From Octopus vulgaris (Eukaryota): a stretch of DNA of 64,000 bases. The position numbers and the translations under genes were made by a program. The notes below the pieces were generated by a model. The model did no database searches. It saw only the letters and a program-made list of their open reading frames with translations, and was not told the DNA's origin. Below are positions 12,572 to 25,274 of the stretch, piece by piece. Within the stretch, counting starts at the first letter, position 1, and every line of letters starts with the position of its first letter. The stretch spans positions 66,278,001 to 66,342,000 of the forward strand of contig OX597826.1 in NCBI GenBank assembly GCA_951406725.2, given 5' to 3'.

Positions 12572-13020
12572 ATGTCACAGAGGATTATAGCACCATATAA
12601 GATGTGTTTCGACGGCCGTTTCTGGAGTCTACTTGTCTACAAGGTATGAATCCTTTAGTTTCACACTAACAATGTCCCCTTCATCAAGAAATAAGGAAAT
12701 AGATAGCAAGATTCGAAGAAATCTGAGAGAAAGGAAAATTTAAGATTACGTTATGTTGGTCGTCGGCAACTGTCTCAGATCACGATGACTTTTACCAAGA
12801 TTCACGATTATATATGTAAATAAATTTTTACTGTCTCCCATCATCCTACACTAAAAAACATGTATAAAAAATCATAAATCATATCTATAGGATGATTACC
12901 TAAATATTGTCTCTTCTTAAACCAAGTTATATAATGTCTAGCGGCTCGGGTTCGAGCCGAGCACTTTCAGGCAATTGTGTAAAAAAAACAACACTTTTTC
13001 GAAAGAACAATATATATATA

Positions 13021-13586
13021 TTGGGTTGTCTGGAAAGTATGTGCCGATTTATAGTAGCTTATCTTTCGACTTATTTTAGAACATGCTTGAGTCCCTAAAA
13101 TAGGATTTCACTATACCTCCATTTAGAACACAGTTTAAGCTATCTTTTCGTGGAAGAAGGTTTATGTTCCTATAATCTGTGTTAATTTTGTAACCCTTTA
13201 AAATGGAAGATAAGAAAGTTCCTTTTCGGCACTTGATGCTTTGGGAACAAGACAAAAACTGCTGCAATTCGGCTGGGATGTGTTACCTCACCCTCCATAT
13301 TCACCAGATATTGCTCCTTCGGATTTCCACTTATTCAGGTCTCTGCAGAATAGTCTTAATGGTAAAAATTTCAATTCCTTGGATGACGTAAAAAGATACC
13401 TTAATGAATTCTTTGCCATGAAGCCACCTCAATTCTGGGAAGAGGGTATTTTCAAGTTGAAGGAAAGATGGAGACGTATTGTGCAACAAAATGGTTCATA
13501 TTTGGTTGATTAAAACTGTAATGGCAAGTATTTATTGACCTTTTTCTTTCCTTTAAAAATCGGCATGAACTTTCCGGACAACCCAA
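13021..13586 (+). mobile_element. Internally deleted mariner element
   Basis: TIRs TTGGGTTGTC(C/T)GGAAAGT with TA flanks; ORF 13241-13513 has WDVLPHPPYSPDIAPSDFHLFRSLQNSL (mariner C-terminal YSPDLAP motif). Confidence 0.92.
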
Positions 13587-13948
13587 TATATACACGCATA
13601 CATACATACATGCATACATACATACATACATACATACATACATACATACATAAATACACACACGCACATACACACACGCACACTCACCCACACGCACACG
13701 CACACACACAACCACGCACACACACACACAGACAAACACACACACACACACATATGAGATATTTAGTATCAGCGTCAGAATTTACATTTTATTATATTAT
13801 GTCCAAATGAACATGACAAAGTCACTGATGCAATACAAAATCAGCGAAGGAAACGGAGTGGTACACATTGGTATGTCGTATGCCACCTATTTTGCACTGT
13901 CCATGTTTTGTATGTTTAATGCCTGTCAACAGAAACTGTTATTATTAC

Positions 13949-14170
13949 AAGGTGGCGAACTGGCAGAATCGTTAGTACGCTGGACGAAATGCTTAGCGGT
14001 ATTTCGCCCATCGCTACGTTCCGAGTTCAAATTCCGCTGAGGCCGACTTTGCCTTTAATCTTTTCGGGGTCAATAAATTAAGTACCAGTTACGCACTGGG
14101 GTCGATCTAATCGACTATCCCCTTCTCCCCATATTTCAGGTCTTGTGCCTATAGTAGAAATGATTATTAC
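13949..14170 (+). mobile_element. SINE family B monomer, tail type 2
   Basis: Head, core and GTGCCTATAGTAGAAA tail. Confidence 0.85.
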
Positions 14171-14529
14171 TTTCCTTAAGTTGGTGGATTCGTAGTATCC
14201 TGAGAGGTCTGTATATGTTCCGGATCTTTGCATCTTGAGTTCAAATTCACTGAGGTCGATGTTGCTACTAAATCATTGGTTCAATTTAATTAACTCACTT
14301 TTCTTCAAAATTACAAAAACGGAGTATAAGGAATATTACAGAGGAATCTGGATGCAAGTGAAGAAAGTTGCTAGAGGGGATCCTACCAGAGAATTTACGA
14401 GGACAAAGACAATATACGATGAACATCAAGAAAAAGAAAAAACAAACAAAAAAGTAAGACAAGCCATTGCCTGGTCAATTTTGTCAGGCAACGGATAGAG
14501 TATAAGAGGGAAGAATTCTTGGGTTACCC

Positions 14530-15200
14530 CTGCGTAGGTCACGTGGTACGTATGATGAGACGATGGCTCATTTAGTATGTCAGTGTCCAAGGTTTGCACT
14601 GAGAGAGTACAAGTAGTGGCGACATACCCAAGTTAGTAGAGCCATACATTGGAATCTATACCAGAAATGGAGGTTTGAGCATTGAAAGATATGGCATAAA
14701 CGCCAACCTGAGAGAATATTTGAATCAGTTGTCGAATCGTGTGGGATATTTTCCCATACAAACAGACAAACATTGAGAGCACAACAAACTTGACATCATA
14801 GTTGTTGAGAAAATTCGTAAGACATTCTCCTTATTCACCCATCATGTCCGACGCTCGAACGGAAAGTAAAAAAAGCAGAGAAGTTGACATATTATAACGA
14901 GCTGAAGTATGAATGTAGAAGACGAAGGCAGCTATCATACCATTAAGCATAACACCATTGCAAAATAGACAGAGAAAAGCCAAGTATATTGTGAGATAGA
15001 GATATTGCACAGACTTTGCTTATTGGGAATAGCTAAAATATTAAGGACACTCCATGATTAGATCGATAAAAAAGGAATGGGAGAGAGAAGGAAGAGGCTG
15101 CTTGATATTGGTCGTAGCTCGCTATCGAAATAAAAGAAAAGTAATCAGGTTATAAGAACCAGCATGATGATGATGATTATGATGATAATAATAATAATGA
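14530..15200 (+). pseudogene. Decayed R4/Dong-type non-LTR retrotransposon 3' end (CCHC knuckle plus restriction-like endonuclease)
   Basis: Interrupted translation DETMAHLVCQCPRFALREYK*WRHTQVSRAIHWNL...FPIQTDKH*EHNKLDIIVVEK...LCLLGIAKILRTL, followed by a (TGA)/(TAA)n tail. Confidence 0.75.
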
Positions 15201-15202
15201 TA

Positions 15203-15600
15203 ACCCTTTCTACTATAGGCACAAAGCCTGAAATTTGGGGGTGGGGATAATCGATTAGATCGACCCCAGAGCGTAACTGATACTTAATTTATCGATACTG
15301 AAAAGATGAAAGGCTAAGTCGACCTCGGCGGAATTTGAACTCAGAACGTAGCGACGGACGAAATACCTATTTCTTTACTACCCACAAGGGGCTAAACACA
15401 GAGAGGACAAACAAGGACAGACAAACGGATTAAGTCGATTACATCGACCCCAGTGCGTAACTGGTACTTTATTTAATCGACCCCGAAAGGATGAAAGGCA
15501 AAGTCAACCTCGGCGGAATTTGAACTCAGAAAGTAAAAACAGACGAAATACTGCTACGCATTTCGCCCGGCGTGCTAACGTTTCTGCCAACTCGCCGCCT
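15203..15600 (-). mobile_element. SINE family B dimer (tail 1 plus tail 2)
   Basis: Two cores joined at AAAGAAATAGGTATTTCG. Confidence 0.88.
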
Positions 15601-16124
15601 TATTAGGTTGAAGTCATTTACCATCGGTTCTTGCAAATTGGTTCTTAAATAATTTTTAAAACGAAAACTTGTTAATTTTTATGGTAGGTATTTCAAGTGC
15701 AAATCTTTAAGCTGCAGAAGAATTTTTCGTATTTAGTTTCTCCTTAAACAGTTGCCATAGTAATTTTTGCCGTAGTCATTTACGCCATAAAAGTTTTACT
15801 GCAAAAATTCACGCAATCAGATATCTTTGTTGCAATATTAAAAAAAAAGAAAAGAAAAAAAAAGTCGAACAAGCGGTAGACCATTATTCCATTTAATGAA
15901 TACAGCTGCTACACTTTTCTGGTCCTTTTTAATGTCCCTATTAATCCTTTAATCCTTCCTTAATCTCTGCTCCTCAACATGGTTAATACGTAGTTCATAT
16001 AATGCGTTCTCTTTTTCGTAATTTAATTACTGATTAGAGTGGTAAACCTTTCTTTAACTCCGGAAGAGAGGGGTTGCTACATACATACACATCTGTATTA
16101 AGAGGCTACAAGATATATACACAC

Positions 16125-16590
16125 GCATCCATCCATCCATCCATCCATCCATCCATACATACATACATACATACATACATACATACATACATACATACAT
16201 ACATACATACATACATACACATACATACATATACATGCATACAGACAGACACACACATATAATACATACATGCATACATACATATATACGTACACATACA
16301 TATACATATACATATATACACACACATACATACACACATACATACACGCACACATACATACACACATACATACATACACACACATACATACACACAAATA
16401 CATACATACATACATATATACATACAAACATACATACACACACATACATACAAACACACACACACACATACATACATACATACATACATACATACATACA
16501 CACATACACACATACATACATACATACACACATACACACATACATACACACATACATACACACATACAACATATACATACATACACACAC
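16125..16590. repeat. Compound (CATC)n/(CATA)n/(CA)n microsatellite
   Basis: Direct inspection. Confidence 0.95.
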
Positions 16591-16854
16591 ACTAGGCGGG
16601 TTGCCCGTATCAAGCGGTTATTAATTATGTTGAAACCTTTTTTTGTTTATTTTTATTGAACTTAATTTACTAATTTTGTGAATGAAAGAAGCAAAGACCA
16701 CGCACAAGTTTCCCGACTTCACAACCTCACTAACAGCGCCCTCTATGTTTTATGTACCGAATGAATGTCTGAAAATGTGCATTTGTAAGAACGCTGTGAG
16801 GAAACGAAGTCGGTCGAAAGGAATAAACTATATTTATTCTTTTATTCTTGTATT

Positions 16855-17085
16855 CTTTTACTTGTATTGGTCATTGGATTGCAGCCATGCTGGAGCACCG
16901 CATTGAAGGGTTTTAGTCGAAGAAATCGACCCCAGGACTTATTTCTTAAGCCTGATATTTATTATATCGGTCTCTTTTGCCGAACCACTAAATTCCGGGG
17001 ACGTAAACACACAAACACCTGTTGTCAAGTGGTGATGGGGGTGGGGGGAGGGCAAGCACGGATACAAAGACACACAGACATAGTT
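16855..17085 (-). mobile_element. SINE family A, 3' half
   Basis: GCCATGCTGGAGCACCGC and GACCCCAGGACTTATT segments; truncated at the adjacent mariner. Confidence 0.75.
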
Positions 17086-17100
17086 ACATACATGTATATA

Positions 17101-17900
17101 TTGGGTCATCCTATAATGTTTTTTTTTATACTTCTTTTATTTTTCAAAATTAATATAAACAAAATTCTTTTTTAATTTAAAATATACTCTCTTTCATTTT
17201 CTACAATGCTTTTCCATCTATCTGGTAGACTTGCAAGGCCCCTCTTCCAAAATTCACTTGTCCGTGACGAAAAATACTCCTCCAGTACTGTTCTGACCTC
17301 ATCTATGGAATTCATATTTTTTCCGTCTAAATGATTTTGAAAACTGCGGAATAAATTATAATCAGATGGGGCAATTCCGACGAAAATGGTGGATGGGGCA
17401 TTGATTCCCATTCAAACTGCTGCAGCCTTTGGAATGTCATCCTCGCTGTGCGTGGCCGAGTATGGTCCTAAGGAAGAATACCTTTTGTCTTGAAACCAAA
17501 GATGGTCGTATTTCTTCTAGCGCAGGTGTCGATGAATGGTTGAATGACCAAACCCAAGCTTCTCTGCTAGTTCTTCAACAGTTACGATGGGATTTTGTTA
17601 TACCTGAGTTTGTAGGATGTCCTCGTTGAGTTCTATAGATCTCCCAGGAGGAGACTCGTCTTCTAGACTGTAGGTTTCGGATCGGATTTTCTGGAAGCAC
17701 CGTCGACACTGGCTTATGCTTATTGTCCGATCCCCATATATTGCATTAATATTCCCCGCACTTTCCGTTGCATTGTTGCCTTTATTGAACTCATAAAGCA
17801 AAATATGTCTAATATGCTCCTCAGTCACTTCCAATATAGCTTTGAAAAAATAAGTGTTGAAATCGAATTGCACTCTTCAGAACCTGCACTAAGAATAAGG
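17101..17900 (-). mobile_element. Decayed mariner element
   Basis: EVTEEHIRHILLYEFNKGNNATESA...YSLEDESPPGRS (N-terminal HTH) and IAPSDYNLFRSFQNHL...LPDRWKSIVEN (C-terminus); TA|TTGGGTCATCC terminus. Confidence 0.85.
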
Positions 17901-17997
17901 ACAAGGTTAAATTACTACCTGCTTTTATAGCAAGTTGGAGTTGGTATGTAAAGACTGATGACTTGTAGGTACGTGGTACTTTGTTATGCAAACACAA

Positions 17998-18441
17998 TCT
18001 ATATACATATAAAGCTGAAGTTGTCTGTGTGTGGCAGCTTTGGTAGCCTTCAACTAACACTATCTCCTCCGAGACCCTGCGGCGCAAGTTGACTAAAATT
18101 GAGAGTATGATAGAAGAAGGCTTGCTCTTCATTCCGTAAAAGAAAATAATTTTAATCGAACCATGTTAAGACCAAAAATTATTGACATCAAAAAGGTGGG
18201 GTTTTTTTCTATGAAAATCCCTATTTTTTAACGATTTTTTGACTGCTGTGTCGCCACTTTTCGGTGTATTTCAACCAGAAAAATGTTTACTTAAAGAGAA
18301 TAACAAGCTACATAATGCAAAAGTTTTACTTTTCAAAAAAGATTGAAACTATGTCAAAACTTTGTTAACGCGACATCAAAATCTGCCGTTTTAAGCGCAA
18401 CTAAAAAAACAAACCCGAGCAACGCCGGGCTATACTGCTAA
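17998..18441 (+). mobile_element. Non-autonomous Helitron (copy 1)
   Basis: A|TC 5' end; 3' hairpin CCCGAGCAACGCCGGG followed by TACTGCTAA (CTRR). Confidence 0.8.
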
Positions 18442-18739
18442 TCTTTATATATAAAAGTCAAGTTGTGTGTCTGTCTACTCCGATTTAGATTCCTAACTAC
18501 TCCCACATTTTGCGGTGCAGTTTAACCAAAAGCGGGTATCTTATAGTCGTGATTCATATCGAGCCCTTCTGGGTATTAGCGCGCGTCTACGATGAGTCTA
18601 CGATTTAAAAAAAAATTACCATCACTTTTGCGCATTTTTAATGATTTTTGCTCGGTTTATATGAGGGAAGTAACTCTTTAAAAATGCTTATACAGTTATT
18701 TCCCTTACAAACCCGAGCAACGCCGGGCGATACTGCTAG
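18442..18739 (+). mobile_element. Non-autonomous Helitron (copy 2, different body)
   Basis: TC 5' end; 3' hairpin CCCGAGCAACGCCGGG, then TACTGCTAG|T. Confidence 0.85.
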
Positions 18740-18794
18740 TATATTATAAAGCATGTCATGGTTGCATAACAAAATTCCACATACCTACAAATCA

Positions 18795-19086
18795 TTAGTC
18801 TTCCTCTTCCTGTTTTTGCTAACGCTATTATAATGATATCTCGAATCTCCCAACTCTCGTGACTCATGGTGCGTACACCCTCCCTTTCTCCCCCCACATT
18901 CATCACTATGCCCAATCCTTCTTCCCGAGAACGTCTTCCTACCGGAATCTCTTCTCTGCTTATGTCTTTCCTGCATATGTTGATCTGCAACAGTGTAAAA
19001 GGAACATTAATGGCATCAATCTCGCTAGTATCGGAGGTGTCGGCATGGGCCTTGGGGTTCTGTCCCTTCCTTCCCCCCAAACTCAA
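18795..19086 (+). pseudogene. Decayed CR1/L2/Jockey-group LINE ORF2 C-terminus
   Basis: HHYAQSFFPRTSSYRNLFSAYVFPAYVDLQQCKRNIN resembles the SFFPRTxxLWNxLP...VFP...DL..FK C-terminal motif. Confidence 0.6.
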
Positions 19087-19192
19087 CGAGTAATGTGTGT
19101 GTGTATTTGTGCACGCGCGCTTTCATGTGTATGTATATATGTGTATACATGTATGTGCATATAATATAAATATACGTGTATATATGTGTATG

Positions 19193-19311
<119 letters not shown>

Positions 19312-19340
19312 TATAATATAATATAATATAACATAAATAT

Positions 19341-19498
19341 AGGTGTGGCTGTGTGGTAAGAAGCTTGCTTCACCAACCTCATTGTTCTGGGTTCAGTCCC
19401 ACTGCGTGGCATCTTGGGCAAGTGTCTTCTACTATAGACTCAGGCCGACCAAAGCCTTGTGAGTGGATTTGGTAGACGGAAACTGAAAGAAACCCGTC

Positions 19499-19540
<42 letters not shown>
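19341..19540 (+). mobile_element. SINE family A, 5' half
   Basis: Family head up to the internal (TA)n. Confidence 0.85.
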
Positions 19541-19550
<10 letters not shown>

Positions 19551-20112
19551 CGAGAGAGAGATGAACATTTTAAGTAACAGACTTTTAACTGTTCATTTCT
19601 TCCTCTTTGGCATTGACGATGTTATTTTATTCAAGAGTTATTTTAATCAATAAATACTTTTATGAATATTTTTTTTCTATTATTCAAAGACGAACATAAC
19701 GAATATAAAGAAGGCAAATAAGCAAAAGAAAGAAATCTATATTTCAAAATAAGAAAATAATGAAGAACGAATGAATGAGATATCGGAAAATAACCAATAT
19801 GAACGACTATACGAGTAATAGTGAAATTCCTTCCCGAGTCATAGGCGAGACTCGCAGACTCTAGCATGAAACGACATTCACTTTTACCCAAGTTGCAACA
19901 GCCACTATTCTTCCAAACGAGTTGCTGCACATCCTTTCTTCCTAGGCTTACTTGTCATTTCAATTAGTGTCCTCTGAATGCGATGCATATTGAAATGCTA
20001 AACCAGTTTATTGTTTATCCAGTTCTTTCCAAGTTATAAACTTCACCTAATTAAAAGAAAAAAATATATCAGTACAACTTCATCACCGTATATTCTTGCT
20101 AAATCAGATACC

Positions 20113-20530
20113 TATTTCTTTATTACCCACAAGGGGCTAAACATAGAGGGGACAAACAAGGACAGACAAACGGATTACGTCGATTATATCGACCCCAGTG
20201 CGTAACTGGTACTTAATTTATCGACCCCGGAAGGATGAAAGGCAAAGTCGACCTCGGCGGAATTTGAACTCAGAACGTAACAGCAGACGAAATACCTATT
20301 TCTTTATTACCCACAAGGGGCTAAACATAGAGGGGACAAACAAGGACAGACATAGGTATTAAGTCGATTACATCGACCCCAGTGCGTAACTGGTACTTAA
20401 TTTATCGACCCCGGAAGGATGAAAGGCAAAGTCAACCTCGGCGCAATTTGAACTCGCAACGTAATACGCTAAGTAGACGAAATACCGCTAAGCATTTCGC
20501 CTGGCGTGTTAACGATTCTGCCAGCTCGCC
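20113..20530 (-). mobile_element. SINE family B dimer (tail 1 twice) with 12-bp TSD
   Basis: AAATCAGATACC at 20101-20112 and 20531-20542. Confidence 0.9.
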
Positions 20531-20889
20531 AAATCAGATACCATTCTTTGAGACATAGCGTGTGTTCTCATGTCTTCTCCTCGGACCCGTTACTATTCAT
20601 TCTTTCTGGGTTTGTAGCCTTCCACAAATAATATTATTTTGACCTGAAATAATATTATTTCAGCATTTGAGGCTCTCTATAAATGTTATTATAAACTTCG
20701 CCAACACAAAACCTCGTTGATGGGTTTAGTCGACTGAATCAAATCCCACTACTCTCAGATACAACACGTGCATCACTGATTTTTCTGGAACCCTTTATTC
20801 CAAAGTCGTCTCAGATTGCTGACTTTTCCGAACCAGGGAAGGTCACCTTGGTCAATTAAACAATTATTAAATTTGTTTAATTGACCATA

Positions 20890-21053
20890 GGCGTAGGAGT
20901 GGCTGTGTGGTAAGTAGCTTGCTTACCAACCACATGGTTCCGGGTTCAGTCCCACTGCGTGGCACCTTGGGCAAGTGTCTTCTACTATAGCCTCGGATCG
21001 ACCAAAGGCTTGTGAGTGGATTGGTAGACGGAAACTGAAAGAAGCCCGTCGTA

Positions 21054-21101
<48 letters not shown>

Positions 21102-21110
21102 CGTGTGTAT
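20890..21110 (+). mobile_element. SINE family A, 5' half
   Basis: Family head up to (TA)n. Confidence 0.88.
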
Positions 21111-21211
21111 AAATAATAGATACGTGTAAATAATGATTTCAACTTCTGTCAGGAAGCCAGCAATTTCAGGGAACGGGGTAAGTCGATTATATGTGTGTGT
21201 GTGTGTGTGTG

Positions 21212-21410
21212 AAGGCGCATGGCTCAGTGGTTAGAGCGTCGAGATTACGATCGTGAGGTTGTGAGCTCGAATCCTGGACCGGGCTGCGTGTTGTGTTCTT
21301 GAGCAAGACACTTTATTTCACGTTGCTTCAGTTCACTCAGCTGTACAAATGAGTTGCCATGTATCGGCCTTTGCCTTTCCCTTGGATAACACTGGTGGCG
21401 TGGAGAGGGG
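21212..21410 (+). mobile_element. SINE family C variant
   Basis: GGCGCATGGCTCAGTGGTTAGAGCG head and TGTTCTTGAGCAAGACACTTTATTTCACG segment, shared with 23180-23500. Confidence 0.8.
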
Positions 21411-21460
21411 AAGAATTTTTTGCATAATAAGATAAAAAACCAAGGCTGTGTAGATAGAAG

Positions 21461-21513
21461 GTCTTACAGCTGTTTCTAGGATATTTATTAATTATATCGC
21501 GTCATCGGAGACG
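21461..21513 (-). ncRNA. Minimal type-I hammerhead ribozyme-like motif (U4C core)
   Basis: Minus strand GTCT-CCGATGA-stem II-GAAA-CAGCTG-TA-AGAC; stem III ACAGCTGT is palindromic. Confidence 0.55.
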
Positions 21514-21831
21514 GTGTGAGAGGATGGTTACGTCATAGTTAGTTTAGATGTGATACAAAATAGAGAGTGAGGTAGGGGAAAGAAAATAGATGCAAGATAT
21601 GTAGGGATATTGAAGTTGGAAATCCATTTTTTAGGCATAATGGTATATATGCAATATTCCCTTATATACACACGCTGACATAGAACCAATGTTGAACCCC
21701 TTATTCGCAAAATTACCGAATCTGGAGCTTAAGCATGGTATGTCTATAGCACTTATTCAGCATTACCTTTGGGTCTCAATGACACCATTATCTCTTATAT
21801 ATATATATATATAATTAGAGAGAGAGAGAGG

Positions 21832-22113
21832 TCGTTGCCAGTAGCACTGGACTGGCTCCTGTGCAGGTGGCACATAAAAAGCACCATTTGATCGTGGCCG
21901 TTGCCAGTACCGCCTGACTGGCCCTTGTGCCGGTGGCACGTAAAAGCACCCACTACTCTCTCGGAGTGGCTGGCGTTAGGAAGGGCATCCAGCTGTAGAA
22001 ACTTGGCCCAGTTCAGATTGGAGTCTGGTGCAGCCATCTGGTTCGTCAGACCTCAGTCAAATCGTCCAACCCATGCTAGCATGGAAAGCGGACGTTAAAC
22101 GATGATGATGATG
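21832..22113 (+). mobile_element. Retroposon (SINE) 3' part with (GAT)n tail
   Basis: GGCGTTAGGAAGGGCATCCAGCTGTAGAAAC...CCCATGCTAGCATGGAAAGCGGACGTTAAAC(GAT)n; internal ~65-bp duplication TTGCCAGTA...AAAGCACC. Confidence 0.7.
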
Positions 22114-22119
22114 TTGATA

Positions 22120-22182
22120 ATATATAACAAAACCGTCCGACGAACGGGAACGTGAAACTCTGAGTAACAGCTTTTGTTATAT
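22120..22182 (+). ncRNA. Minimal type-I hammerhead ribozyme-like motif (U4C core)
   Basis: ATATAACAAAACCGT-CCGACGA-ACG GGAA CGT-GAAA-CTCTGAG-TA-ACAGCTTTTGTTATAT, with an 11-bp distal stem I. Confidence 0.6.
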
Positions 22183-22438
22183 TTCTGCTGCTTTTAAATA
22201 AAGCATATTACTCTACCTCTGGTATTTGAGTACTCTTTTTCCCACCTTGTTTCACACTTAATTGCTTATTCTGGTATATATATATATATATATATATATA
22301 TGGTATGTGTGTGTGTGTGTGTAGAATTTCATATTCAGCCGTTATTGATTATATTTTTCCGACCAATGGATGTGTGCATTCAATCAGAAAGTTGACTGAA
22401 CGCAACGCCCCCAGATACTGATCTATAATCCTGCTTAG

Positions 22439-22525
<87 letters not shown>

Positions 22526-23179
22526 CCTATTCATACATTTTTCAAAACAGTTGTAATGAGGAAATATGGTTACAGCTGTTGGCCTGGAACTAGTTAAACA
22601 GTAAAAGAATAATTTGTAATAATACAATAGTATAGAGGTAATGTAATATTATTATCTTATAATAATAAGCAAAGTCATACACATAAAATACGAAAGGATG
22701 TACACACGGCGCTGTGTTTCGATTGCTCACACAATCTCTTCATTGGGCAATCATATTATGCGCATAGTTACAGCCCCGCTACACCCTTACATAAAGTGTG
22801 TAGAAATGTATTTCCGTTCTTGTAATTCACATAGACAAAGAGACATCGACTAACTGCGCGCGCGCTTACGCACACGCACGCACGCACACACACACTGCGT
22901 AGTTGTGAATTTTCAGTGATTAAATATTTCGCCAAGATGAACTAAATATTATCTGTGTTATTAATGGGCAGATACGTAATTAACATCCCAGTTCATTACC
23001 CACTCACCCATCAGTAGAGTGCTCTGAAATTGGTTTTTCTACCTAGGACAGTTACTATTTCCAGGTAATATGTAAGGAAACCGCTTCGACCCTATGTCTA
23101 TTTTAAACCGATTTATACACCGACCGTTCATGATGTCAACAACGGGCTATATATTGTGTGGGTACACACAATAAAGTGA

Positions 23180-23500
23180 AGGCTCATGGCTCAGTGGTTA
23201 AAGCGTTGGGCTCACAGTTATGATGTAGAAAGTTCGATTCCCGGACCGGGCAGTGTTCTTGAGCAAGACACTTTATTTCACGTTGCTCCAGTTCACTCAG
23301 CTGAAGCAAAGCTATATCGGTCTTTACCTCTCCCTTGGATAACATCAGTGGCCTGGAGAGGAGAGGCTGGTATGCATGAGTGACTGATGGTCTTCCATAA
23401 ACAACCTTTGCCCGGACTTGTGCCTGGGGCGGGGTGTAACTTTCTAGGTGCAATCCTATGGTCATTCATGACCGAAAGGAGTCTTTACCCTTAACCCTTT
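23180..23500 (+). mobile_element. SINE family C variant
   Basis: TGGCTCAGTGGTTAAAGCG A box and GTTCGATTCCC B box; homologous to 21212-21410. Confidence 0.8.
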
Positions 23501-24775
23501 TACACGAGCAACTGTATTAGTTCAACAGCTGCTGAAGAGATGAATAGTAACCGAAACGTCTTGCAGTCCTGCGAGATACTTACTTAAGCTCTTCGATCTC
23601 AAATAGGACGTCGGCTTTCGTACTTTTCTCTACGATTCTCGACTCTGGACTGTCTTTTCTGCTTATCTCCAGTTGAATCCCTGTCTCCAGTTATTTTTAA
23701 GGGCGTCCTCTCTTCCACCTCCCTTGTAGGAGGTTCCCGTGAGGCAGTCCAGTTCCAGGTCTTGTTGGTTTTGAATCCTCATCGATGCTTCGTTGACCTA
23801 TTTTGTTCCCAGGCAGGTGTGTTGGTTCTACGCAAATTCATCTGGCTCTCTATCCGTGTGACGGATGGAAGCCCCCCCCCACCTGGTACTTGCGCTCCTT
23901 TGACTTAGTTCTCACGGTCATTGAGGTGCATTAGTCACTACACCGCAACAAAGATTGGATCTTGTGGTGGTGTCCCACGAGACGGTTTGTGGTAAATATT
24001 CTATATGCAGCACGGAATTTTGTCAGTGAACAGGTCGCGGTTTCAAAGCGACGAAAATATTTTGACAAATTAAATTTAAATGTTGAAATGAGTCTGACGG
24101 TTTTTGTGTGTTTTTAAATGGCTTATAAACACCTTCCACGCTGCAAATGTATATTTTCTTTACATGATATATTAGATGTCAACTCTTCTCATTGCTTAAC
24201 TGACGCAGAAATAAAACCATAGACCCAACTACCTGTTGAGTCGTTAAGCACAAAATCCATTCACAAGGCTTTCGTCGACCCGGTCTATAGTAGAAGACAC
24301 TAGCCCGTGGTGTCACGCAGTAAGACTGAACTCGGAACCATGTGGTTGAGAAACAACTTTCTTAGCACGTAGCTACGACACACACACATACACACACTCA
24401 CCATACACACACATTGGAGAGAGAGAAAGTCAGAAATACCTGTTGTTGTTTAGATTATCCCACAATCATATCCTAATGAAGCAGATCAATGATTGAGCAC
24501 ATTCAACCAATGACCATCCCTCATTTCTGGAGAGCATCTAAGATACATTTACTCACGTACCGCCCCTCTCCCTTTTTTTCTTAAGGCACCAAAGATTCAA
24601 ATTAATGGAAATTTGGTTGCTATTTCTAGCAGGCCTGACAGCCTCGTTGTCAGGAACGAGCAAAATAAGGTTTTGAATCCAGGCAGGTACCTTACAAGCA
24701 CTCTAGTATAATCCAGGTTCTGGTTAACCACATCAAATGATATAGAACAATGGGAAATTGTTTAAAGTAGACAAT

Positions 24776-24942
24776 CAGGAGTGGCTGTGTGGTAAGTAGC
24801 TTGCTTATGAACCACATGGTTCCGGGTTCAGTCCCACTGCGTGGCACCTTGGGCAAGTGTCTTCTACTATAGCCTCGGACCGACCAAAGCCTTGTGAGTG
24901 GGTTTGGTAGACGGAAACTGAAAGACGCCCGTCGTATATATG

Positions 24943-24973
<31 letters not shown>

Positions 24974-25190
24974 ATGTGTTTGTGTGTCTGTGTTTGTCCA
25001 CCCAACATCGCTTGACAGCCGATGCCGGTTTGTTTACGTCCCCATAACTTAGCGGTTCGGGAAAAAGAGACCGATAGAATAAGTACTAGGCTTACAAAGA
25101 ATAAGTCCTGGGATCGATTTGCTCTACTAAAGGCGGTGCTCCAGCATGACCACAGCCAAATGACTGAAACAGGTAAAAGAGTAAAAAGTA
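24776..25190 (+). mobile_element. SINE family A, full length
   Basis: Family head, microsatellite and tail. Confidence 0.9.
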
Positions 25191-25274
25191 ATCACACAGT
25201 ATTTCACGCGATGGGTAAACCCTGAGTACGTTTCTATGGATTTTATGTTGTGTGCAGAGCGTACATTCAAGACT

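Noticed and set aside
23525-23568. CTGAAGA...CGAAACGTC hammerhead-like core (similar weak cases at ~12600-12690 and ~58665-58697)
   Set aside because: Stems I and II pair poorly; at best decayed remnants.
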